Below, one piece after another: positions 27,101 through 39,835 of a stretch of 64,000 bases of DNA. Position 1 is the first letter of the stretch. The number at the start of each line of letters is the position of its first letter. A model generated the notes under the pieces. That model had not been told where the DNA came from. It searched no databases and was given only the letters and a program-made list of their open reading frames with translations. Source of the DNA: Nemertoderma westbladi (lineage: Eukaryota > Animalia > Xenacoelomorpha); NCBI GenBank assembly GCA_032718475.1, contig JAUCBJ010006711.1, positions 124,001-188,000 on the forward strand, written 5' to 3'. A program made the translations under genes and the position numbers.

Positions 27101-30100
27101 CCTATCTCCCTATTAATATTGTTGTGTTCTAGAATATTTATTATAGTTTCATCGTATTGCTAAAGTGGCTGGAGCTAAAGTTATTATGTAATGCAATAAT
27201 TCACCTCAAATATCTCAGCTATTTCATGAACATAATGAAGTATTAAAGCCATGTCAAAATCCTTGGTGTTTTTCTGCAATAATTTAACAAAATATCCTCT
27301 GATTTTTTACAAAAACCATATCGATTTTCATATTTATAACTTCTATCCCACTCCACGAGATAGAGAATCTTAAATGAACGTCAAAAGAACAGGTAACACT
27401 TACATTTATAGCAGTAATCAGCTGTTATTTGCAACGTCTTTCCGCTGGAGATGGATTAATTTTGATTGCGTTGGAACACCCCCTATCTGTGGCTTTCTGA
27501 GTGGAGAGATAAGTATCCTATCTCCCTATTAATATTGTTGTGTTCTAGAATATTTTTTATAGTTTCATCGTATTGCCAAAGTGACTAGAGCTGAAGTTAA
27601 ATCATAATACAATAATTCACCTCAAATATCTCAGCTATTTCATGAACATAATGAAGTATTAAAGCCATGTCAAAATCATTGGTGTTTTTCTGCAATAATT
27701 TATCAAAATATCCTCAGATTTTTTTCAAAAACCACATCATTTTCTTATTTATAACTTCTATCCCACTCCACGAGATAGAGAATCTTAAATGAATGTCAAA
27801 AGAACAGGTAACACTTACATTTATAGCAGTAATCAGCTGTTATTTGCTACGTCTTTCCGCTGGAGATGGATTAATTTTGATTGCGTTGGAACACCCCCTA
27901 TCTGTGGCTGTCTGAGAGGAGAGATAAGTAGCCTATCTCCCTGTTAATATTGTTGTGTTCTAGAATATTTATTATAGTTTCATCGTATTGCCAAAGTGAC
28001 TAGAGCTGAAGTTGACTCATAATACAATAATTCACCTCAAATATCTCAGCTATTTCATGAACATAATGAAGTATTAAATCCATGTCAAATTCCTTGGTAT
28101 TTTTCTGCAATAATTTATCAAAATATCCTCTGATTTTTTTCAAAAACCACATCGATTTTCTTATTTATAACTTCTATCCCACTCCACGAGATAGAGAATC
28201 TTAAATGAATGTCAAAAGAACAGGTAACACTTACATTTATAGAAGTAATCAGCTGTTATTTGCTACGTCTTTCCGCTGGAGATGGATGAATTTTGAGTGT
28301 GTCAGAACACCCCCTATCTGTGGCTGTCTGAGTTGAGAAATAAGTAGCCTATCTCCCTATTAATATTGTTGTGTTCTAGAATATTTATTATAGTTTCATC
28401 GTATTGCTAAAGTGGCTGGAGCTAAAGTTATTATGTAATGCAATAATTCACCTCAAATATCTCAGCTATTTCATGAACATAATGAAGTATTAAAGCCATG
28501 TCAAAATCCTTGGTGTTTTTCTGCAATAATTTAACAAAATATCCTCTGATTTTTTACAAAAACCATATCGATTTTCATATTTATAACTTCTATCCCACTC
28601 CACGAGATAGAGAATCTTAAATGAACGTCAAAAGAACAGGTAACACTTACATTTATAGCAGTAATCAGCTGTTATTTGCAACGTCTTTCCGCTGGAGATG
28701 GATTAATTTTGATTGCGTTGGAACACCCCCTATCTGTGGCTTTCTGAGTGGAGAGATAAGTATCCTATCTCCCTATTAATATTGTTGTGTTCTAGAATAT
28801 TTTTTATAGTTTCATCGTATTGCCAAAGTGACTAGAGCTGAAGTTAACTCATAATACAATAATTCACCTCAAATATCTCAGCTATTTCATGAACATAATG
28901 AAGTATTAAAGCCATGTCAAAATCATTGGTGTTTTTCTGCAATAATTTATCAAAATATCCTCTGATTTTTATCAAAAACCACATCGATTTTCTTATTTAT
29001 AACTTCTATCCCACTCCACGAGATAGAGAATCTTAAATGAACGTCAAAAGAACAGGTAACACTTACATTTATAGCAGTAATCAGCTGTTATTTGCTACGT
29101 CTTCCCGCTGGAGATGGATGAATTTTGATTGCGTTGGAACACCCCCTATCTGTGGCTGTCTGAGTGGCGTGATAAGTAGCCTATCTCCCTGTTAATATTG
29201 TTGTGTTCTAGAATATTTATTATAGTTTCATCGTATTGCCAAAGTGACTAGAGCTGAAGTTGACTCATAATACAATAATTCACCTCAAATATCTCAGCTA
29301 TTTCATGAACATAATGAAGTATTAAATCAATGTCAAATTCCTTGGTATTTTTCTGCAATAATTTATCAAAATATCCTCTGATTTTTTTCAAAAACCATAT
29401 CAATTTTCATCTTTATAACTTCTATCCCACTCAACGAGATAAAGTATCTTAAATGAAAGTCAAAAGAACAGGTAACACTTACATTTATAGAAGTAATCAG
29501 CTGTTATTTGCTACGTCTTTCCGCTGGAGATGGATGAATTTTGATTGCGTTGGAACACCCCCCTATCTGTGACTTTCTGAGTGGAGAGATAAGTATCCTA
29601 TCTCCCTATTAATATTGTTGTGTTCTAGAATATTTTTTATAGTTTCATCGTATTGCCAAAGTGACTAGAGCTGAAGTTGTCTCATAATTCAATAATTCAC
29701 CTCAAATATCTCAGCTATTTCATGAACATAATGAAGTATTAAATCCATGTCAAAATCCTTGGTATTTTTCTGCAATAATTTATCAAAATATCCTCTGATT
29801 TTTTTCAAAAACCATATCAATTTTCATATTTATAACTTCTATCCCACTCCACGAGATAGAGAATCTTAAATGAACGTCAAAAGAACAGGTAACACTTAAA
29901 TTTATAGAAGTAATCAGCTGTTATTTGCTACGTCTTTCCGCTGGAGATGGATGAATTTTGATTGCGTTGGAACACCCCCTATCTGTGGCTTTCTGAGTGG
30001 AGAGATAAGTATCCTATCTTCCTATTAATATTGTTGTGTTCTAGAATATTTTTTATAGTTTCATCGTATTGCCAAAGTGACTAGAGCTGAAGTTAAATCA

Positions 30101-33100
30101 TAATACAATAATTCACCTCAAATATCTCAGCTATTTCATGAACATAATGAAGTATTAAAGCCATGTCAAAATCATTGGTGTTTTTCTGCAATAATTTATC
30201 AAAATATCCTCAGATTTTTTTCAAAAACCACATCATTTTCTTATTTATAACTTCTATCCCACTCCACGAGATAGAGAATCTTAAATGAATGTCAAAAGAA
30301 CAGGTAACACTTACATTTATAGCAGTAATCAGCTGTTATTTGCTACGTCTTTCCGCTGGAGATGGATTAATTTTGATTGCGTTGGAACACCCCCTATCTG
30401 TGGCTGTCTGAGAGGAGAGATAAGTAGCCTATCTCCCTGTTAATATTGTTGTGTTCTAGAATATTTATTATAGTTTCATCGTATTGCCAAAGTGACTAGA
30501 GCTGAAGTTGACTCATAATACAATAATTCACCTCAAATATCTCAGCTATTTCATGAACATAATGAAGTATTAAATCCATGTCAAATTCCTTGGTATTTTT
30601 CTGCAATAATTTATCAAAATATCCTCTGATTTTTTTCAAAAACCACATCGATTTTCTTATTTATAACTTCTATCCCACTCCACGAGATAGAGAATCTTAA
30701 ATGAATGTCAAAAGAACAGGTAACACTTACATTTATAGCAGTAATCAGCTGTTATTTGCTACGTCTTTCCGCTGGAGATGGATTAATTTTGATTGCGTTG
30801 GAACACCCCCTATCTGTGGCTGTCTGAGAGGAGAGATAAGTAGCCTATCTCCCTGTTAATATTGTTGTGTTCTAGAATATTTATTATAGTTTCATCGTAT
30901 TGCCAAAGTGACTAGAGCTGAAGTTGACTCATAATACAATAATTCACCTCAAATATCTCAGCTATTTCATGAACATAATGAAGTATTAAATCCATGTCAA
31001 AATCCTTGGTATTTTTCTGCAATAATTTATCAAAATATCCTCTGATTTTTTTCAAAAACCATATCAATTTTCATATTTATAACTTCTATCCCACTCCACG
31101 AGATAAAGAATCTAAAATGAAAGTCAAAAGAACAGGTAACACTTACATTTATAGAAGTAATCAGCTGTTATTTGCTACGTCTTTCCGCTGGAGATGGATG
31201 AATTTTGATTGTGTCAGAACACCCCCTATCTGTGGCTGTCTGAGTTGAGAAATAAGTAGCCTATCTCCCTATTAATATTGTTGTGTTCTAGAATATTTAT
31301 TATAGTTTCATCGTATTGCTAAAGTGGCTGGAGCTAAAGTTATTATGTAATGCAATAATTCACCTCAAATATCTCAGCTATTTCATGAACATAATGAAGT
31401 ATTAAATCCATGTCAAATTCCTTGGTATTTTTCTGCAATAATTTATCAAAATATCCTCTGATTTTTTTCAAAAACCATATCAATTTTCATATTTATAACT
31501 TCTATCCCACTCCACGAGATAAAGAATCTTAAATGAAAGTCAAAAGAAGAGGTAACACTTACATTTATAGAAGTAATCAGCTGTTATTTGCTACGACTTT
31601 CCGCTGGAGATGCATGAATTTTGATTGTGTCAGAACACCCCCTATCTGTGGCTGTCTGAGTTGAGAAATAAGTAGCCTATCTCCCTATTAATATTGTTGT
31701 GTTCTAGAATATTTATTATAGTTTCATCGTATTGCTAAAGTGGCTGGAGCTAAAGTTATTATGTAATGCAATAATTCACCTCAAATATCTCAGCTATTTC
31801 ATGAACATAATCAAGTATTAAAGCCATGTCAAAATCCTTGGTGTTTTTCTGCAATAATTTATCAAAATATCCTCTGATTTTTTACAAAAATCATATCGAT
31901 TTTCATATTTATAACTTCTATCCCACTCCACGAGATAGAGAATCTTAAATTAACGTCAAAAGAACAGGTAACACTTACATTCATTTATAGCAGTAATCAG
32001 CTGTTATTTGCTACGTCTTTCCGCTGGAGATGGATGAATTTTGATTGCGTTGGAACACCCCCTATCTGTGGCTGTCTGAGTGGAGAGATAAGTAGCCTAT
32101 CTCCCTGTTAATATTGTTGTGTTCTAGAATATTTTTTATAGTTTCATCGTATTGCCAAAGTGACTAGAGCTGAAGTTGACTCATAATACAATAATTCACC
32201 TCAAATATCTCAGCTATTTCATGAACATAATGAAGTATTAAATCCATGTCAAAATCCTTGGTATTTTTCTGCAATAATTTATCAAAATATCCTCTGATTT
32301 TTTTCAAAAACCATATCAATTTTCATATTTATAACTTCTATCCCACTCCACGAGATAAAGAATCTAAAATGAAAGTCAAAAGAACAGGTAACACTTACAT
32401 TTATAGAAGTAATCAGCTGTTATTTGCTACGTCTTTCCGCTGGAGATGGATGAATTTTGATTGTGTCAGAACACCCCCTATCTGTGGCTGTCTGAGTTGA
32501 GAAATAAGTAGCCTATCTCCCTATTAATATTGTTGTGTTCTAGAATATTTATTATAGTTTCATCGTATTGCTAAAGTGGCTGGAGCTAAAGTTATTATGT
32601 AATGCAATAATTCACCTCAAATATCTCAGCTATTTCATGAACATAATGAAGTATTAAATCCATGTCAAATTCCTTGGTATTTTTCTGCAATAATTTATCA
32701 AAATATCCTCTGATTTTTTTCAAAAACCATATCAATTTTCATATTTATAACTTCTATCCCACTCCACGAGATAAAGAATCTTAAATGAAAGTCAAAAGAA
32801 GAGGTAACACTTACATTTATAGAAGTAATCAGCTGTTATTTGCTACGACTTTCCGCTGGAGATGCATGAATTTTGATTGTGTCAGAACACCCCCTATCTG
32901 TGGCTGTCTGAGTTGAGAAATAAGTAGCCTATCTCCCTATTAATATTGTTGTGTTCTAGAATATTTATTATAGTTTCATCGTATTGCTAAAGTGGCTGGA
33001 GCTAAAGTTATTATGTAATGCAATAATTCACCTCAAATATCTCAGCTATTTCATGAACATAATCAAGTATTAAAGCCATGTCAAAATCCTTGGTGTTTTT

Positions 33101-35355
33101 CTGCAATAATTTATCAAAATATCCTCTGATTTTTTACAAAAATCATATCGATTTTCATATTTATAACTTCTATCCCACTCCACGAGATAGAGAATCTTAA
33201 ATTAACGTCAAAAGAACAGGTAACACTTACATTCATTTATAGCAGTAATCAGCTGTTATTTGCTACGTCTTTCCGCTGGAGATGGATGAATTTTGATTGC
33301 GTTGGAACACCCCCTATCTGTGGCTGTCTGAGTGGAGAGATAAGTAGCCTATCTCCCTGTTAATATTGTTGTGTTCTAGAATATTTTTTATAGTTTCATC
33401 GTATTGCCAAAGTGACTAGAGCTGAAGTTAGCTGATAATACAATAATTCACCTCAAATATCTCAGCTATTTCATGAACATAATGAAGTATTAAAGCCATG
33501 TCAAAATCATTGGTGTTTTTCTGCAATAATTTATCAAAATATCCTCTGATTTTTTTCAAAAACCACATCGATTTTCTTATTTATAACTTCTATCCCACTC
33601 CACGAGATAGAGAATCTTAAATGAACGTCAAAAGAACAGGTAACACTTACATTTATAGCAGTAATCAGCTGTTATTTGCTACGTCTTTCCGCTGGAGGTG
33701 GATGAATTTTGATTGCGTTGGAACACCCCCTATCTGTGGCTGTCTGAGAGGAGAGATAAGTAGCCTATCTCCCTATTAATATTGTTGTGTTCTAGAATAT
33801 TTATTATAGTTTCATCGTATTGCTAAAGTGGCTGGAGCTAAAGTTATTATGTAATGCAATAATTCACCTCAAATATCTCAGCTATTTCATGAACATAATG
33901 AAGTATTAAATCCATGTCAAATTCCTTGGTATTTTTCTGCAATAATTTATCAAAATATCCTCTGATTTTTTTCAAAAACCATATCAATTTTCATATTTAT
34001 AACTTCTATCCCACTCCACGAGATAAGGAATCTTAAATGAAAGTCAAAAGAAGAGGTAACTCTTACATTTATAGAAGTAATCAGCTGTTATTTGCTACGT
34101 CTTTCCGCTGGAGATGGATGAATTTTGATTGTGTCAGAACACCCCCTATCTGTGGCTGTCTGAATTGAGAAATAAGTAGCCTATCTCCCTATTAATATTG
34201 TTGTGTTCTAGAATATTTATTATAGTTTCATCGTATTGCTAAAGTGGCTGGAGCTAAAGTTATTATGTAATGCAATAATTCACCTCAAATATCTCAGCTA
34301 TTTCATGAACATAATCAAGTATTAAAGCCATGTCAAAATCCTTGGTGTTTTTCTGCAATAATTTATCAAAATATCCTCTGATTTTTTTCAAAAACCACAT
34401 CGATTTTCTTATTTATAACTTCTATCCCACTCCACGAGATAGAGAATCTTAAATGAACATCAAAAGAACAGGTAACACTTACATTTATAGCAGTAATCAG
34501 CTGTTATTTGCTACGTCTTTCCGCTGGAGGTGGATGAATTTTGATTGCGTTGGAACACCCCCTATCTGTGGCTGTCTGAGAGGAGAGATAAGTAGCCTAT
34601 CTCCCTGTTAATATTGTTGTGTTCTAGAATATTTATTATAGTTTCATCGTATTGCCAAAGTGACTAGAGCTGAAGTTGACTCATAATACAATAATTCACC
34701 TCAAATATCTCAGCTATTTCATGAACATAATGAAGTATTAAATCCATGTCAAATTCCTTGGTATTTTTCTGCAATAATTTTATCCTCTGATTTTTTTCAA
34801 AAACCATATCAATTTTCATATTTATAACTTCTATCCCACTCAGCGAGATAAAGTATCTTAAATGAAAGTCAAAAGAACAGGTAACACTTACATTTATAGA
34901 AGTAATCAGCTGTTATTTGCTTCGTCTTTCCGCTGGAGATGGATGAATTTTGATTGTGTCAGAACACCCCTATCTGTGGCTGTCTGAGTTGAGAGATAAG
35001 TAGCCTATCTCCCTATTAATATTGTTGTGTTCTAGAATATTTATTATAGTTTCATCGCATTGCTAAAGTGGCTGGAGCTAAAGTTATTATGTAATGCAAT
35101 AATTCACCTCAAATATCTCAGCTATTTCATGAACATAATGAAGTATTAAATCCATGTCAAAATCCTTGGTATTTTTCTGCAATAATTTATCAAAATATCC
35201 TCTGATTTTTTTCAAAAACCATATCAATTTTCATATTTATAACTTCTATCCCACTCCACGAGATAAAGAATCTAAAATGAAAGTCAAAAGAACAGGTAAC
35301 ACTTACATTTATAGAAGTAATCAGCTGTTATTTGCTACGTCTTTCCGCTGGAGAT
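21162..35355. repeat. Tandem satellite array (segment 3)
   Basis: Same monomer; diagnostic variants recur at ~1250 bp (3-mer) and ~3744 bp (9-mer) spacing. Confidence 0.98.
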
Positions 35356-35847
35356 TGTTAGCTTATTCAATCCCGCTAACACCCCATAAAGTTAAGCCGA
35401 TAAGCAATATTGGGGGCCACGAGATTGAGTAATCAATCACTCGTGCCACCCCAATAAAATGGGAAGGAGAACCACACAATGAGGGTCAGGGGCCAAACCC
35501 CTAACCCAGAGAGAACAGGTGGAGTGAACGGGAACACTCCAAAGGGCGCCAACAAGGGTATCAACCAATCAGAGGGGGTAAAGGCATCGATTAGGTAGAG
35601 TAACAAGGCCAACCGTGCAATATAGCCAGTTGGCAGTAATCACTTTACTCAGTTATCTCAGTATCATATTGGTGCTAGTTAGGTTAGTTAGTTTAGCTAG
35701 GGAAGGACCGGGACTTTAATTACCATTTCCCGCCTTCTGTGTACGACATCATATATCTATATCTATATCTTTTACCTGAATATTATACGCGACAAACAAC
35801 ATAAACCCTTTCACTCTTCACACACGGCGGGGACGCGTAAATTAACA
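35356..35847 (+). repeat. Putative 5' LTR of BEL-A copy 2
   Basis: TGTTA...TAACA; a few substitutions versus 16396-16887. Confidence 0.6.
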
Positions 35848-35971
35848 AACGGATAAACCGGGATCCTCCCTGGATCCCGTCACAGTAATTAAACCCGTCG
35901 GTGGCACAGTAATTAAACTCAGAGCTGCCGACCTAGCTAGCTAAACTACCAGCCACCAATCACCAAGCGAG

Positions 35972-38900
35972 ATGAGTCAGTCGAGAGAGACAACGCCGAC
36001 GCGGACCCCAGGCGAAGAATTAACGATCCGCGAGGCCGCAACCAGGCGGTACAGGCCCACAACGCCGGACCCATCGGTAACGGGTCATCCGGCAGTTCAG
36101 GACGAGGGGGGCCGCCTGGAACCCGAGGTCGAGCCGAGAGAAGGAGAGAGCGAGACGGAGGGAGAAGGAGACGAGTCGACACGGGACGTGGGTCGACGTA
36201 CTGATGTCGCCGGCCAGCCACAGGCCGAGGGCGATGAGTGGCCCACCGAAACGGCGACGGTGGGGCCGACGGTACGACGCCGGACCCGGAGAGATGGAGG
36301 AGATGTCGATACCGATGTCGCCGGCCAGCTACAGGCCGAGGGCGACGAACGGCCCACCGAAACGGCGACGGTGGGACGCCGGTACGACGTCGGACCCGGA
36401 GAGACGGAAGAGAGGTCGGCGACGAGGACGTCGGGGTTTCTGATCGACTTCGACGGGCCTACAACGCGACCCAGAAACTGCTAAAGGAGGCCAAGGAGGG
36501 GGCGAAGATAGACGAGGTTAGACTGAGGAAACGACTAGGTGAGTCGAATAAACACTTTAATTATCTAATGCGCTTTGGGCAAAGAGAACTGGCCAAGGAG
36601 AGAGCGAGGGGAGTTGCCGAGGAACTGTATGACTTGTGGCGGTGTAGGGGTATGGAACCTAGCGTAGTGTACGTAGGGCCATACTTAGTCGATGCTCGGG
36701 GACTAAAATTAGTGGGTTGGGAGAGACCTGAGGAGGGCGAATCCGAAGATTCGGCCTCGTCGGTCGGAGGAAGTTCCGGGAGGCGGGGGAAAGTCAGTAG
36801 GTCGGGAAGGCGGAGGGAATCCGTCGTAACCGATAAGTCTGCTACATCCTCCGCGAAAGGAAGACGGGTGAGAGAGATAAATGCCACGTACCATCTCGAT
36901 TTGATAGAGCAAGGTCAAAGGGAAGTAGGTAGACGGTTAGAGGAGGGGAGAGTGCTGCTAGAGAGGGAAATGGCGTTGATTAAAGAAACCGGAGAGAGGG
37001 CCGAAAGGGCCGCGAGAAGCCTTAGGGAGTGTGAGGAAGTAGGGAGGAAGGAACAAGAAGAGCGTGAGGCGGAACGTAGGGAACGTGTAGCGAGAGAGAA
37101 AAATGAGCGCAAAGAGCGTGAGGCGGAACGTAAGGAACGTGTAGCGAGAGAGGAAAATGAGTGCAAAGAACGCAAGGTGAGAGTGGAAAACTAGTGCAAA
37201 GAACGCGAGGCGAGAGAGGAAAACGAACGCAGAGAGCGTGAGGCGAGACGAAGGGAGGGGGCTAGAAGAGAGTTGGAATTGGCCGAGCGGGATGCACGGG
37301 AGTGTAGGGAGAGAATGGCAAGAAAGGAGTATGAGCGAGAAGAGCTGGAGAAACGTCAAGGTGAGCTTACAGGGTACAAAGCTATACATACGCGCGAACG
37401 GGAACTGGCGCGAATAGGGGCGTCTGAGAGTGGGGCAAGCTCGAGTATTTTCGAGGAGCCAGGGGCTGTGGATACATTTATTAATACCCCACTTACAGGG
37501 ACCGCACGACAGACCCAAGACTGGTGTGACCGTACAGGCGGGGGGGGGGGGGGGTGGTAATAATAATGCTACAGTAGACATCGTTAATATTAATAGTACC
37601 GTATTGGATAACCCTAATCCCTTTATTGCAGCAAATAATGCTTTACCTAGTAGCAGTAATTTAAATTTAAATACAAATAATAATTTCAATTTGAAGGTGC
37701 AAAATAATCCGAATAATAATTTAAATTTAGAAAATAATAATAATTCAAATAATTTGAGTAATGATCCAAGCCCGAATTTACAAAATAATTCAAATGATTT
37801 TGTTTCAAACGAACAAATTAATTCCGTTTCCAATATGGGTGCTATTAACGTGAACACGTCGGGCGTGTATGGCCAGGCAGAAGGGGGCCTGGTAGGCCAC
37901 GTAGTTGGTAGGCAGGGAGTGGCTGGGTTGGGTAGACCCAGCGAGGGCCTGGTAGGCCACGTAGTTGGTAGGCAGGGAGTAGAGGGCCTGGTAGGCCACG
38001 CAATAGCAGAAGGAGAGGCGGGGGTGAATAGACCCGACCGCGGTAGGGTTGATGTGTCGACTGGAGAGGGATATAGTAGCGGGATGAGAGATAGCGAAGT
38101 TAGATGTGGCGAGTGGGGGGGGGGGGGCTACAGGGGCCCCACAACAGCGAGTTAGCGGCGAAAAGGGGGGGGCAGAGAGTGTCCCACAGCCGTCAGCGGA
38201 TAATGCGCGGGCCGAAATAGGTAAACCGCAACACCCGGCGATGGAAAGCAATAGGGGGATTGCGAGTATCCCCAGCGGCGTGCGACCGAGCAGAGAGAGA
38301 CAGGTTGACGTCGTAAGAGGGCGGACGAAGCGTCGAGCCCGATCAGAAGAGGGAAGAAGAACAGTGGGGTTTAACCGGGAGGTCGACGAGAGATCTCACG
38401 AGCGGGAATACTCCACTGAAAGGAGAAGAAGAGAAGACAGTAGTAGAAGTATCGCCGCGAACGATAGAAGAGCGAGGACGGATAGCGAGCCGTCGGTAGT
38501 CGAGATGAGAACAGAGAGTCAGTGGGGTCGGACTCCGGGAGATTGCCGTCGCCCCGGAGAGATGCGACCTGGTGAGGCGCATTACGCGCCGATGGAGGGG
38601 TACGCGATGTACCGGTACGAAGACGAGAACAGTAGAGGGGGGGATCGAAGAGAAACTTTCCGACGGAATATACCTACCGATCGAGAATACGGTAGCCGCG
38701 GGGAGGACTATTCGAGAAGAATAAACTTCGATCCCGAGCGACACATGCAGACTGTAGGACATACTGTAGGCCTTACTGCACATACCGTAGGCCATACGGA
38801 CAGAGGCAATGTAGGCAATAGGATAGCGCGGACGACGGGATTAAACCCGGAAGTCGCGGAATACATACCGGCGAGTAGGCCAGAAGCTGATAGGCCTATA

Positions 38901-39835
38901 CCGGTACCAGTACAGCAGTATGACTACAGCATGCAGGGACATAACATATACCCAGGGGAGGGGGGAATTATTGCGGATAGGTGTATGGGCCCCAACATAT
39001 TAACATCAACCCCAGTACCAAAGATACCGGTGGGGGGGGGGGGGGGCAGGGTGACATTCCCCCATCACAATATCAACAATATACCCCGATAGGAGCAAGA
39101 ACAACGAGACCCTTGGATGAAAATAGGTCGTGCGACACAGAAATTTGGAGGGGGCCGCTACCCCCGATGACATATCCAAGTCAAAGGAAAGGTGGAAATA
39201 GGACAGACGGACCGCACCAGACAGGAGAAACTATACAACATCCATCGAACCCATTGGAGGCACAGGCGATGGGGATGGCCACGTTGATCGATGCGTTGAA
39301 AACGAGGATCGAGTTACCACCCGTGGAACCATTCAAATTCGATGGGAGTAGGCCGGAAGAATATCTACAGTTTCGGCGCATGTATAGTAACGAAATACTA
39401 ACAAAAAACGTGACGCAGGCGGAGTGCCTAAAATATCTGCAAGTATACACGGGAGGCCCAGCATACGATATCGTGAGGCAATACCAAGGCATAGAGGGCG
39501 GCTTCACGACAGCATGGCGGGCACTGGATAGGGAATACGGGCACCCGGCCAAGATCATCAGGCAGACACTGAGAGGCATAACATCGGGTGGCCTACAGGA
39601 TAATCCCGTTAGCATTAAGACGTTCGCTAACAAAGTCGAAAAGGCGCTAATCGTGCTGAAGACGCTAGACGCGCCATACGAACTCAACGCGTCCAACAAC
39701 ATCCACCACGATAGCGCAGGCACTACCGAACTGGCTGCGCAACAAGTGGAGGAAGATCGCTTTCTCCACTCGAGACAAGAAGGGTGTGGAACCGGGTTTA
39801 GAAGAAATGTCAAGCTTCTTAAACTACGAGGCTGA
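35972..39835 (+). pseudogene. Disrupted gag region of BEL-A copy 2
   Basis: Overlapping ORF fragments 35972, 36238, 37273, 37430, 38106, 38981; same TAG (37192) and most frameshifts shared with copy 1. Confidence 0.85.

Noticed and set aside
721-35432. Recurrent short ORFs (MSKSLVFF..., MKVKRTGN...)
   Set aside because: Chance translations of the satellite monomer; stops and indels vary freely between monomers.
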